64,000 nt of DNA from Nitrosopumilus sp. (lineage in GTDB: Archaea > Thermoproteota > Nitrososphaeria > Nitrososphaerales > Nitrosopumilaceae). The notes under the pieces were generated by a model, which was given only the letters and a program-made list of their open reading frames with translations, searched no databases and was not told the origin of the DNA. The stretch covers positions 96,001 to 160,000 of the forward strand of contig OZ241857.1 in NCBI GenBank assembly GCA_965203315.1. The letters are read 5' to 3'. Position 1 is the stretch's first letter, and the number at the start of each line of letters is the position of its first letter. A program made the position numbers and the translations under genes. Positions 52,850-62,821 of the stretch are shown here, in pieces.

Positions 52850-55021
52850 TTATTCTGACTTCCTCGCATCTTTGGAAGACTGGTACAGGATCAAAGATAG
52901 CAGCAAGGCTCTATCGATCAAACTGTCCCTCAAGATGTACTCGTTTGGAGTACGATATTCTGCCCCAAGTGGACCAAGGCCATCTATTGCTGGAATCCCA
53001 TCTGGAACATAACTGATATCTGACGAGATCAAACGACTAGACGGTCTTACTATGACGCCTATCTTTTTAGCTTGCAGCAATACCAAATCAAAGATACTTT
53101 TCGTGTTACTCTCTATTATAGGATCCCTTCCAACTCCTTTTAGAATCTCTACATCTAGTTTGATCTTGTCTTGCTTTTTTAGGATCTGTCTGATCTGATT
53201 CTCTATCTCACTTCCTAGCGTTTTAGTCGCAAAACTAGTCACCAAGTTTATTGATGCATAGTCTGGAGTACGTCCTAGTGATGTCTGTGACTGTAACGAT
53301 GATATTCTTATTCTGCAGTCACTCTTTGTCAATCTGTTTAGAGATATGATCTTTTTACAAACAGCGGGGATCATATCTGAGATTGATGGATCTTTATAAT
53401 CTCCAATATTTGTTATCTCTATCTTGTAATCGTCTCGACCATAACCTGCAGTCATTATACTACCGTCTAGTCCTCCCCACTTCATGCCTAGTACATATTT
53501 AGATCGATTTGCGGTCTCTTCGATTATCTTTTGTGAGTATCTTCCACCAAAACTATCGTCGGTGGTGATCAATATTCCACATTTTATCTTTCTAAGTTTT
53601 CTTGTAAATCGTAGCGCCTGTAATGCGGATAGCATGACTGCTAGACCACCTTTACTCTCTGCTACGCCTGTTCCAAATATCTTTGTACGCTCTTCTTTGA
53701 ATGGCATAAAGTCTCGTGTACTGTATGGTGTATCTATATGACATAGTATCAGAATATCATTTGTTGTGCCGTCATGATTTGTAAAATATCTAATATCTCC
53801 AACGTCAAATTGTTGATACGTATGTTCTGTGAATCCTAAATTTGTAATCCTCTTGGAGACGATTCTGCCTAATCTGTTTACGTTCTCTATGTTTCTAATA
53901 GATGTGTTTATGTTTGTGATCTGTTTGAGTGACTGAATAGTTGTTCCAAGATGGCTACGAAGATAACTTCTTGCTGCAATTCTCAGTGGCTGTCTCTGTA
54001 TCTCGTCTATCTCTGCATCGTCTGTATGCGTCGTAGATTCTCCAAAGTGTCTAATGGTTGCAATATCTAACATCTTGTTTATTAGTGACTCGAACGTATA
54101 TCCAGCAGCTTTGGCAGCTGTCACAAACGAACCTGTACCGCCAAGACTGGCCATAGAGTTTAGTTCAAGAATGTACATCTTGCCATGTTCATCCATTCTA
54201 ATGTCTACTCTGGAATAGTCATGAATGCCAAGTCTGTTAAATGCCTCTACGCACAATCTCTTCATCTCGCTCTCTGCTGCCGGGTCGAGTTTTGCTGGAC
54301 AGATCTTTCTAATTGGGGACTTCATCTTGTCTGACTTTGTTTGAATCTGATCTGGAGCACCTAGCGCAAATTCAACTATGGGGAGTACTTCTAGGTGGTT
54401 TCTGTTGCCTAGTATGCCTACTGCAAACTCTCTGCCTTGTATAAACTGCTCAACTAGAGCATCCTGTTGATATTTTTCAATCTCTTCGCTTATAGCTAGA
54501 CGCAAGTCATTCCAGTTGTCAACTATCTTCATTCCCATAGAAGTTGACTCCATCTTTGGTTTTACAATTACTGGGAACGTCAGATCATCAAATGTATCAT
54601 CCGGAGAAGAAAATACCCAATAATTGGGGGTCGGTAGATCGTTCTTTTGTAGTATGATCTTTGTCATAACTTTATCTTGAACTATGGCGTGTGACTCTGG
54701 ACCAGATCCGGTATACGGCACACCTAGCATCTCTAGCATTGCTGGAAGATGTGTGTATCTGTCATGTCCTTGTATTCCATATGCCATGTTGAATACCATT
54801 CCATGTACATCCGTAATCTCTTTTGGCATAAAAGATCTCAACTCTTCAATCGCATTGATGCTGCCTTCTATCATCTTGACTGTGTGTCCGCCTTTCTCTA
54901 ACGCCGCTACGACCTTTTCTACAGTTTTGGGATTATAGTGCTCTTTTGTGGCCATGCCGTAGATGTTGATCACATCTTTGGGGTCTATGGTCTTCTTGTT
55001 GTATATTACCGCAACCTTCAA
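52850..55021 (-). CDS. D-Ala-D-Ala-ligase-like ATP-grasp amidoligase fused to a degenerate M20 peptidase domain
   Basis: VPYTGSG...QDKVMTK, FPVIVKP, EQFIQGREF, RVDIR, LELNS; C-terminal HIDT, G.G...KGG, IDGLGP. Confidence 0.88.
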   Translation of the reverse strand: MKVAVIYNKKTIDPKDVINIYGMATKEHYNPKTVEKVVAALEKGGHTVKMIEGSINAIEELRSFMPKEITDVHGMVFNMAYGIQGHDRYTHLPAMLEMLGVPYTGSGPESHAIVQDKVMTKIILQKNDLPTPNYWVFSSPDDTFDDLTFPVIVKPKMESTSMGMKIVDNWNDLRLAISEEIEKYQQDALVEQFIQGREFAVGILGNRNHLEVLPIVEFALGAPDQIQTKSDKMKSPIRKICPAKLDPAAESEMKRLCVEAFNRLGIHDYSRVDIRMDEHGKMYILELNSMASLGGTGSFVTAAKAAGYTFESLINKMLDIATIRHFGESTTHTDDAEIDEIQRQPLRIAARSYLRSHLGTTIQSLKQITNINTSIRNIENVNRLGRIVSKRITNLGFTEHTYQQFDVGDIRYFTNHDGTTNDILILCHIDTPYSTRDFMPFKEERTKIFGTGVAESKGGLAVMLSALQALRFTRKLRKIKCGILITTDDSFGGRYSQKIIEETANRSKYVLGMKWGGLDGSIMTAGYGRDDYKIEITNIGDYKDPSISDMIPAVCKKIISLNRLTKSDCRIRISSLQSQTSLGRTPDYASINLVTSFATKTLGSEIENQIRQILKKQDKIKLDVEILKGVGRDPIIESNTKSIFDLVLLQAKKIGVIVRPSSRLISSDISYVPDGIPAIDGLGPLGAEYRTPNEYILRDSLIDRALLLSLILYQSSKDARKSE

Positions 55022-55054
55022 TGTATGTACAACTATGTTGCATTAAAAAAACAT

Positions 55055-55155
55055 TGAGATGTCAAGTTTGTTTACATTCTTCTTTACATGTCGTAAACGT
55101 GGGCTGAGCGTTAGAGACGAATTGTTGAGACTTCTCAATGCAAAGGCTGCTGGAT
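55055..55155 (+). pseudogene. IS66 transposase C-terminal relic
   Basis: MSSLFTFFFTCRKRGLSVRDELLRLL resembles the IS66 terminus NIFTCVTTWEQQGLNVYDTLL. Confidence 0.4.
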
Positions 55156-55263
55156 AGATGTACGAAATAGTAAGTTCATGTGTCGTGTAAATAATCATCC
55201 ATATCATATATTGCTCAATGCACCACAAGATCGTTGTCGGGCTAACCGCTTACTCAAGTTTGA

Positions 55264-55986
55264 CTATCCTGTGATTGAGAGCGGCAGCACTGCATATCTG
55301 TGACCTTTACGCTGCGAGATGAATTTTGCTGCCAACATGTCTCGTTTCCCTCGTCTGTTGTGGTTTTTGATCCTAGGACTGGTCTTCTTTTCATCAACAA
55401 ACTCTAGATGATATGATGAACAGAATCTGAGATTTAGCGTGCGAGATATCACGCGAGCAGTTGGTATATCTCCGTCCCCTATCCTGACAATCTTTCGTCT
55501 AGCTCGAAGAGAGTCAAAAATCTCAATTATATGCACTACTAGATCTCTTATCGATGAATGAACAGATCTCTCTATCTCGTGTCCATAATATGAGACAGAT
55601 AAACCGATCAATTTGCCAGGATCAACTCCTATGACTAGTTCTTCTTCCTCAAAACATGGTTCTAGTCTCTGTATCATCATTCCGCGAATAACTGTGGGGT
55701 GATAGTCCAAGATATCTTCGTATAGTAACGGTACTGTGGACTCGCCGGGTGACTCTGACATGGTTGTAAAGACCAAGTTTCCATCATACGTGGGAATCTC
55801 TTTTGGTAAGATGGGATCAAAATGTACGTTCATCGATTTGAGAAATGTCACAAACCGATAGTACGGCATGCCACATGTGGTGGCAACTCCTATGCGAACA
55901 TCATGTAACGGATCTATGTGTTGTCTGGGTATTATATCAGATTTAGGTTTTATGTATTTGCGATCAGAACTGATAGATGTTGTCAA
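55264..55986 (-). CDS. Conserved archaeal hypothetical protein with RNase H/YqgF-like domain
   Basis: LVIGVDPG, RIGDG, FVDEKKTS, RDMLAA. Confidence 0.75.
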   Translation of the reverse strand: MTTSISSDRKYIKPKSDIIPRQHIDPLHDVRIGVATTCGMPYYRFVTFLKSMNVHFDPILPKEIPTYDGNLVFTTMSESPGESTVPLLYEDILDYHPTVIRGMMIQRLEPCFEEEELVIGVDPGKLIGLSVSYYGHEIERSVHSSIRDLVVHIIEIFDSLRARRKIVRIGDGDIPTARVISRTLNLRFCSSYHLEFVDEKKTSPRIKNHNRRGKRDMLAAKFISQRKGHRYAVLPLSITG

Positions 55987-56366
55987 TATTGGTAGTCATT
56001 TGACAGATTTGGCTAAATTGAGATTCCGTCTCGAGTATTGTAGTGCAGTTAACACAAATGCACATTTTCTAATATTTTTAGAATGTTTGACCGATGTTAT
56101 TGTTCAATCATGCTATGTACAACTCACATATTCATAATTAAAAGACAAAGTTAGATCTCGTATAAAATTCGACTGAATGAATCCTGTTGTTCTGCGGCAA
56201 TTCTTGATATGTGGATCTTGTTGAATAGGTGACTCCTCAAATACTATGCTACATTACACTAAAAGACATACGTTATCTGTGAGTGTAGATTTTGTATTAA
56301 ACCTAGTTTTTTGTTTATGATGCACATCACATAAATATTTATTCAAGTTATGTGTGTGGACTTTCT

Positions 56367-56975
56367 ATGAGTTTAAGAATTAAAATCATTCTAGTTCCGA
56401 TTATTGTTTCCATCTTGGTCATAACGCCAATCGCGGTTCTGGATGTAGATAACAGTACCGTATATCGCATAGCGGCTATTATCACAATACTCTCGGTAAT
56501 CATCTCTCCGTCCATGTATTTTCTACAGAGACGAGATAGTGAAAAAATGATATCAGACAAGGAAGAAAGAGAGAAGAAAAGAGCATCAAGTAATATATGT
56601 CGCGAACTCCAAAATACACTAGATGGATTAGATCGCAGCAAACACCACGATCGAGCTATGCATTTTGAAACAAAGAGTGGCGAAAACGTGTTTTTCATGA
56701 ACAGAGTCCTTAATCATCATTTTTATGACAGCTTGATATTCTCGGGAAAAATTAATTTTCTTGAGCCTGATCTCCAACAACCGATTCAGGACATTTTTAA
56801 AGTAATTAAAAAACATAACGAATATTTGGAATTAACAGAGAAAATAAGACGTGAGAAACAGGAACTGTTTCCAGAAGAAACATACGATTACTATATTTGG
56901 ATGGATGAGCATGAAAAAGGGTTATTAGAACATATACCAATTGTAATAGAAAAACTAGAATCCAAATTTATTTGA
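56367..56975 (+). CDS. Hypothetical membrane protein (2 N-terminal TMs)
   Basis: ~200-aa ORF in an AT-rich accessory region. Confidence 0.7.
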   Translation: MSLRIKIILVPIIVSILVITPIAVLDVDNSTVYRIAAIITILSVIISPSMYFLQRRDSEKMISDKEEREKKRASSNICRELQNTLDGLDRSKHHDRAMHFETKSGENVFFMNRVLNHHFYDSLIFSGKINFLEPDLQQPIQDIFKVIKKHNEYLELTEKIRREKQELFPEETYDYYIWMDEHEKGLLEHIPIVIEKLESKFI

Positions 56976-57201
56976 TTAATTTCTATAAAAAGTAGAATAG
57001 GATCAGTCATCCGAGGTGGGTCGAAGTTTACCTCTTGACGCTCCTCGTATGTCTGGTGCTGCCATGCTCCCACACAATTCTCTGATCTTTCTTTCTGGCT
57101 TGTCGGTTTTATCTTCAGTCATACTTTTACTAGACAAACAAGATATAAAAAGTATGTGATTCCCTGACTAGGGTGTGGGATGTAAAAAGTCATTCACCAC
57201 T

Positions 57202-57428
57202 TCATTTGGCATGAAGTTTACCTCCTGACGACTCGTCAATAACTGTTCCTTTTTTTGGCATCTTTCGATTAAATGCTTCATACGGCGTCTCGTACCTACC
57301 TTTTCCAAGAGACATGTGTGGTCGTTCATAATTGTAGTTGTGTACGAATAGGTCTACTGGATCACTGACTCTGCATAATTGCTTCAAAGGCAATTTGCGT
57401 TGAACTTCACCGAACAGTCGTTCTAATT
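57202..57428 (-). pseudogene. IS481 transposase C-terminal fragment
   Basis: LERLFGE...YNYERPHMSL...TPYEAF; truncated at a MITE. Confidence 0.75.
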
Positions 57429-57605
57429 GGTTCTGTTCAATTGATGGAGGTTGGCATATTCTGCACAAAATTCTCGAAAAATTTCACAAAACATGGAAAC
57501 GACATCACCCCGGCTATCGTAAATTGCTGCTGTTTTGAGTCAGATATTGTACGTTCTTTGAGATAACGTCATAATGATCTCAACCCCCGTCAATTGAACA
57601 GAACC
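57429..57605. mobile_element. MITE family B
   Basis: TIR GGTTCTGTTCAATTGA; inverted near-copy of 19075-19250. Confidence 0.85.
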
Positions 57606-57703
57606 TTGACGAGTTCTTTTTCTAGTTGATGAGATCTTGAACCCATCTTTTATTAGATCTTTAATCTAGTCGAGCATGCTCATCTCTCCTTTTATGGTAA
57701 TTG

Positions 57704-59228
57704 GGGGTTGTCCGGTGAATATCTCGTAAAATCTATGCATTTTATGATCTCTTAAACAAAATACAACAAATTAACTCCATTTGCTATTAATTTTCTATTA
57801 AAAGTTAAACTTTGACGCAAAATGTACTAGTTTTACTATTCAGTAATCAAGTTTGATTAATTAAAACGCCACAAATTAATGCTCGACAAGCATGTATTTA
57901 CCAAAAAACAGTATTTGGCTACCACTCAATACCCACTTGTGCTAAAATTACTTTTGAATTATGTGCTGCAATCTTGAACTTTAACTCTTGAACCATGTTT
58001 TCCCATTTTATTGCTTTAATGTCTTCTCCAAATAGGAGTTTCATTGTTGAAAATACGCCTTCAACATTTGCACGGTCTCCATATCCTAGAATTATCTTCC
58101 AATCATCTTGATTTTCTTCGCGTTCGTCTGTTGGCATGGAATTTAGATCTTTACTATCTAAAGCACCAAATTGAAACTCGGCTAATTTACTTCTGGGATC
58201 ATCCCCATGTGATACTGCATTACGTTTTATCAATATTCCATTGATGAGATTATACATCATGCAAAACTCGTGAATCTTTTTTGTATCATAACCTTTGTCG
58301 GCGAGAATTTTCTTTGTGATTGGTTTACCGGTACGATTACATTCATCAACTATCTCTGTTGCATCTTTTAATAGTTGCTTAAACTGTGACGAATCTGATT
58401 TCTTGTCAGTCGTAATGCTGTATGACCTTATAATCTTTGAATTTACGTCTATACAAATGTGCATTTTTACAAATCCATCTCGTTCTACTTTGTAACGAGC
58501 TTCAATCCATCGACCGCCTGCATGTTGTCTAAAGCCAGAAGCATCAATAGCTAGAGTGTGTGGCATTTTAGACTTTATAATTAAGAGATCGTTTAAAATA
58601 TCGACTTCCTGTGCTTTTATTCTAGCGTGTAACTGAGATCTACGTGGTATCTTGAAATTAGGAAAAGATTTCTCTAACTCTTTTATGAGTCGTCTATATG
58701 AATAGTTGTTTCTAGATTTTGTAATGCCTGCGTACATTATAAGAGCTTCTGAATAAAGGAATTGTCCACCACGTTTATTTTTATTCATAAGAGTTAACTC
58801 TTTTTCGAATTCTTCTTTAAATTTATCCTCGTCTTCCAATCTTAAAACAAGCATAAAAAATAAAAGTCTTAATCTTGGTCTATGTTTTAATGATCTCATA
58901 ATTCTACTTAAATTTTTTGCTTTTTCCCGTTTTTCTTTACGATTCATGTCCTCATCTTTTAGAAACTTGAACCAGTAAGGGAAATCACTCGCCATGACAT
59001 TTCTAAAAATAGTTCCCCTTTATAGATCTTTTCATTTTGATATCTATTTTGTGTTTTAAAATTAATTGTAAACTAGAACTTGTTACTAATTCTATGCAGC
59101 AGTTGAAAAAAATAACACGAGAGACGATGCAATTAGAGAAAATATTTCTCATGTGTTCAAAATCGAGTGATTTGTATCCCAGATGAGTGAATTTGCAGCT
59201 GTCCTACTCCTATTCACCGGACAACCCC
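57704..59228 (-). mobile_element. IS5-family element, complete, 8-bp TSD
   Basis: TIR GGGGTTGTCCGGTGAATA / TATTCACCGGACAACCCC; TSD GGTAATTG. Confidence 0.92.
57919..58995 (-). CDS. IS5-family transposase
   Basis: AIDASG, KMHICID, LADKGYD, GYGDRANVEGVFSTMK. Confidence 0.9.
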   Translation of the reverse strand: MASDFPYWFKFLKDEDMNRKEKREKAKNLSRIMRSLKHRPRLRLLFFMLVLRLEDEDKFKEEFEKELTLMNKNKRGGQFLYSEALIMYAGITKSRNNYSYRRLIKELEKSFPNFKIPRRSQLHARIKAQEVDILNDLLIIKSKMPHTLAIDASGFRQHAGGRWIEARYKVERDGFVKMHICIDVNSKIIRSYSITTDKKSDSSQFKQLLKDATEIVDECNRTGKPITKKILADKGYDTKKIHEFCMMYNLINGILIKRNAVSHGDDPRSKLAEFQFGALDSKDLNSMPTDEREENQDDWKIILGYGDRANVEGVFSTMKLLFGEDIKAIKWENMVQELKFKIAAHNSKVILAQVGIEW

Positions 59229-59387
59229 GGTAATTGTCTTATTGAACATTAGTGCTATTTTCACTAGATGATTCTATGATCATCTCTTGTGAATAATGCG
59301 GATCGGGTTCACATAATTGACACAATCTCATTTTTCACAATGTCTGATCCACATTATGAGATCTATGGATATTTGCAAATTGTTGCA

Positions 59388-59465
59388 TGGTGCTCCCATC
59401 GGGATTTGAACCCGAGTCACTGCCTTGAGAGGGCAGTATGCTTAACCGGACTACACTATAGGAGC
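59388..59465 (-). tRNA. tRNA-Glu(CTC), CCA encoded
   Basis: Reverse complement GCTCCTATAGTGTAGTCCGGTTAAGCATA CTGCC CT CTC AA GGCAG TGACTCGGGTTCAAATCCCGATGGGAGC ACCA. Confidence 0.95.
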
Positions 59466-59734
59466 TCGTTGTATGTGCTTCCAATCTCAATTTAAAGGAA
59501 ATGCTTTTTGTGCGGTTTACGCCACTAGATAATCACTGTTTTCACTATGCGTTTTTATGTGGACTATTCAAAGATGCTCTGCTTTTGTGATATGATATTT
59601 TGCCACCGGTTGCTCCAAAGTCGTGGTAAGTAACAACAATATGGAGCGATTGATACTATCGTGCTTGTGTGTGTTCACGTGGGATCGATGTGACATAATA
59701 AATTACTAAAACCTTTCGACATCTATCGCCGTTG

Positions 59735-59848
59735 GATCTTTTCGGTTTATGTAGGATTAACGGTTACAGAAAAAGCACCACGAGATTCTACAAGGGGAAA
59801 TTACAGAAAAGCCTTGCGAAACGTCATCCCGCATAAACCGAAAAGATC
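59735..59848. mobile_element. MITE family A
   Basis: TIR GATCTTTTCGGTTTATG / CATAAACCGAAAAGATC. Confidence 0.8.
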
Positions 59849-59869
59849 TGACTAATAAGCAGTGACACG

Positions 59870-60020
59870 TCTGATTTATATGCACACGTAAAGAGTGTTG
59901 GAGAACGGCACAAAAAGATTGGCAACAAGAAATTTACCACAAAACTTTTGCATCCCGACCCGAACCTGTTTACATTTGTGCAATATCGTGGAATGTCCTC
60001 AACAAACAATGTAGAATAGT
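59870..60020 (+). pseudogene. IS66 transposase remnant
   Basis: HKKIGNKKFTTKLL...NLFTFVQYRGMSSTNN matches the IS66 core. Confidence 0.6.
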
Positions 60021-60026
60021 TGATCC

Positions 60027-61291
60027 CAGTTTACCCAATTGTGTATTCAACACGCCACCACAGGTTTTGGCGGTGGCTCTGGTTCGATATCTGGGTCGAT
60101 AAACGATTTGATGTATTCATGTGTCATTTCTAGAAAAACAGGTGCAGTAATTTGATTGCAATAATCAAAGAGATCGTCTTCGCATTGTATGTTTCGTACC
60201 AGAATCCATGCGTTGTAAAACAATACACTGAAAATAAACATCAATTCTCGTACTCTGTGATCATAGCTAGAAGTCTTTAACCTCATATCGTTAATGTCAC
60301 GATATCTTGTTTCAATGACCTATCTCTTTCTATATTTTTCAACATCTATTCTAGGATTGTTTGTTGCAAATACAAGATACTCTTTTTTGAGTTTCTTTTT
60401 GATCTCTATTATGATCACGTAATAACTAGAACGCAATCCATCCTTATTAGAAATATGATGCTGTGATACTCGCCTACGCTTTCCTTGTTTAAATTCTGTG
60501 ATCATTTCTTTGATTGGATTGGTATGTACACAGGGCATCAGAAATGTTCGATTCATCTGTCTAAAGAGTTCAAATATCTCTGCAGTATAGAACTCTCGAT
60601 CAAGTAAAAACACACCTAGGATTAGTCGCTACTGGTGGCAAGTTTTGATGATTTTACGTATAAGATCTGGGTTTCTAGACCCATTTTTACTTGTAATTTG
60701 GCTACGGTTGACGTTGCTCCAACATTTACAATCTGTGCAGTCATGTACTCTTCGCACAGTTTTGCACTCTTCTTGAACATGGTCTTTACAGTGTATTTGG
60801 TTTGTTTTTTGTCGTATCTCTGATAGCAGTGCATGTCTATTGCAATGTCTACTACTTTTGGTAATTTACCAGCTCGTCTTAACGCATTGAGATGTTGCTT
60901 AACTATTCTGTTAAACATACGATCAACATCATACTCTACAATCTCTTTGAATAATTTTCTAAACCACTCATCACAAGGTACTCTTATTTTGGTATATTTT
61001 TGAACGGATCTTTTAGCGCGAGTAACATCTGCAATACCAGATTTGCTCATTGCAGCTGAAAACAAAATAGACAGAACAGAGATTTTACCATACAGTGCAT
61101 TATAATTTTCTGATACTGGAATTATCAAACATAATAACCATTTTATGTAGTCGTAATTTTCCATACTCTTCTTTAATTTGTTAGGATTTTCCTTAACTCT
61201 TTTACCCATTAATTTCTCATTTTTGAACCCCTTTATAGATCTTTCTATTTCACATAATTTGCGTATTTTAGGCACACAATTGGGTAAACTG
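60027..61291 (-). mobile_element. ISH3/IS4-like element with pseudogenised transposase (frameshift plus in-frame stop)
   Basis: TIR CAGTTTACCCAATTGTG at both ends; ORF pieces 60622-61275, 60320-60613, 60047-60286; IAIDMH, LDREFY, YRKR*VIE; no TSD. Confidence 0.88.
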
Positions 61292-62077
61292 CTGTATATC
61301 TAAAAAGATGGTAACTGGCGCAATAGACACGATTGCCGATAAATTAGACAAATATGTCAAAAAGATAGAGAGAATGAACCTAAAATCCAAGGTAATCTAC
61401 ATGGATGAGACGTCGATGTCCCTTGCTGCTAAATTGGGATGGGTCTGGGTTCTTGTCGGCGATTATGGTACGCAATTCATCATATCGCCAGATCGTACAA
61501 AAAAGTTTCTTGAAAAAACGTTCAAAAAGTATATTCTGATACCACTCGTGTCGGATGGATATGTCGTGTACAAGCTATTCAATGTACGGCAACGTTGTTG
61601 GGCGCACATACTGCGAAATGCAAAAGATACAATGTATGACGTACATACTGTACTAATGTACAAAAGATTGCAGAAACTACTTGAAATTGCAAAAGCACTA
61701 CAGGTGGACAATCCCAATTGTGTGGACATGTACCTAAAATACAGAGTAGATGATCTAGTGCAAAAGACATTATCGCTTGCAGCAGAGTACAAGAAACTAG
61801 ACAACGAAGCTTGTCGCAAATTTGGAGTTCATTTAGCGAATGCAGCAGATGATCTATACACGTTTGTGCTATACTATGGTATGGAATACACAAACAACAG
61901 AGCAGAGCGAGCTATACGATCAATGGTGCTATTCCGCAAGGTAACTCAACGTATTGTATCTGAGGAGAGTAAACGACGAGTTGGCAATATCTTTACATGT
62001 GTAACAACATGGGAGCAACAAGGCCTCAACGTCTATTATACACTCCTAAAAGTTGTGCGTGAGACCTAACCTCATAC
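61292..62077 (+). mobile_element. 5'-truncated copy of the IS66 at 15971-17669
   Basis: Near-identical to ~16884-17669, including the right TIR AGACCTAACCTCATAC. Confidence 0.92.
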
Positions 62078-62574
62078 CAAAAAAGACCAAATTCGTAAAA
62101 TTCGACGAATTTCCATATAAAGTAAAACTAGCGAGAGGATATGGTTGGCTAGCAGTCACAGATGGACATGTAATTGTATATATTGCAACCTCTCGTTCAA
62201 GAGTTGTTTTGGAACAGTTTTTCAAAGAATTTCTGCGCATGCCGATGACTGTTGACGGATATATCGTATATCAAATCATCTGTAAACTGTTGGGAATCAA
62301 GAAACAGCGATGTTGGGTGCATGTCATACGTGACTCAAAAGGAGCGCTAGACACGACAAAATATGCGGCGGCAACGCAGGCACTACACCGAGAGCTGCAG
62401 TGGGTATTTCATGTTGCGAAAAAACGGCCGCCTGGAGACGTATCTGATCTACTGGGCAAACTGTACGAGATTGCAGACCAACATGAAAAGCTATAGTGAC
62501 ATGACGAATTAATTTCACTGTTATGTCCATTAAAACACTAAAATTCACGCATTGACATAATTTTTAGTGATATC

Positions 62575-62817
62575 TTGAGTACAAAACACAAAAATCTTCT
62601 TCTAGCTCTTAAAAATAAAAAGTACGCGCACATACGAACTAGAATCTTTGGTGTAAAGATGGTTCTAATTGATAAAAACACAATATCACGTACAGCAAGG
62701 CATGTTGGCAGGACGGAACGTACCGTGTATAATTGGCTAAGACGATACAAGCGAGAAGGAATTGCAGGACTAGAAGACAAACCCGGTAGAGGAAGAAAGC
62801 CACTAACACGAGTTTGA
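62575..62817 (+). CDS. HTH-only paralog of the IS630 transposase N-terminus
   Basis: HIRTRIFGVKMVLID...ARHVGRTERTVYNWLRRY...GLEDKPGRGRKP. Confidence 0.7.
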   Translation: MSTKHKNLLLALKNKKYAHIRTRIFGVKMVLIDKNTISRTARHVGRTERTVYNWLRRYKREGIAGLEDKPGRGRKPLTRV

Positions 62818-62821
62818 CGTA

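Noticed and set aside
52850-55021. Calling this gene ddl (peptidoglycan synthesis)
   Set aside because: The host is archaeal, no mur genes are nearby, and the M20 fusion and GGT context point elsewhere.
56367-59465. Integrated provirus or ICE at tRNA-Glu
   Set aside because: No integrase, no duplicated tRNA 3' end (att site) and no viral genes are visible in the window.
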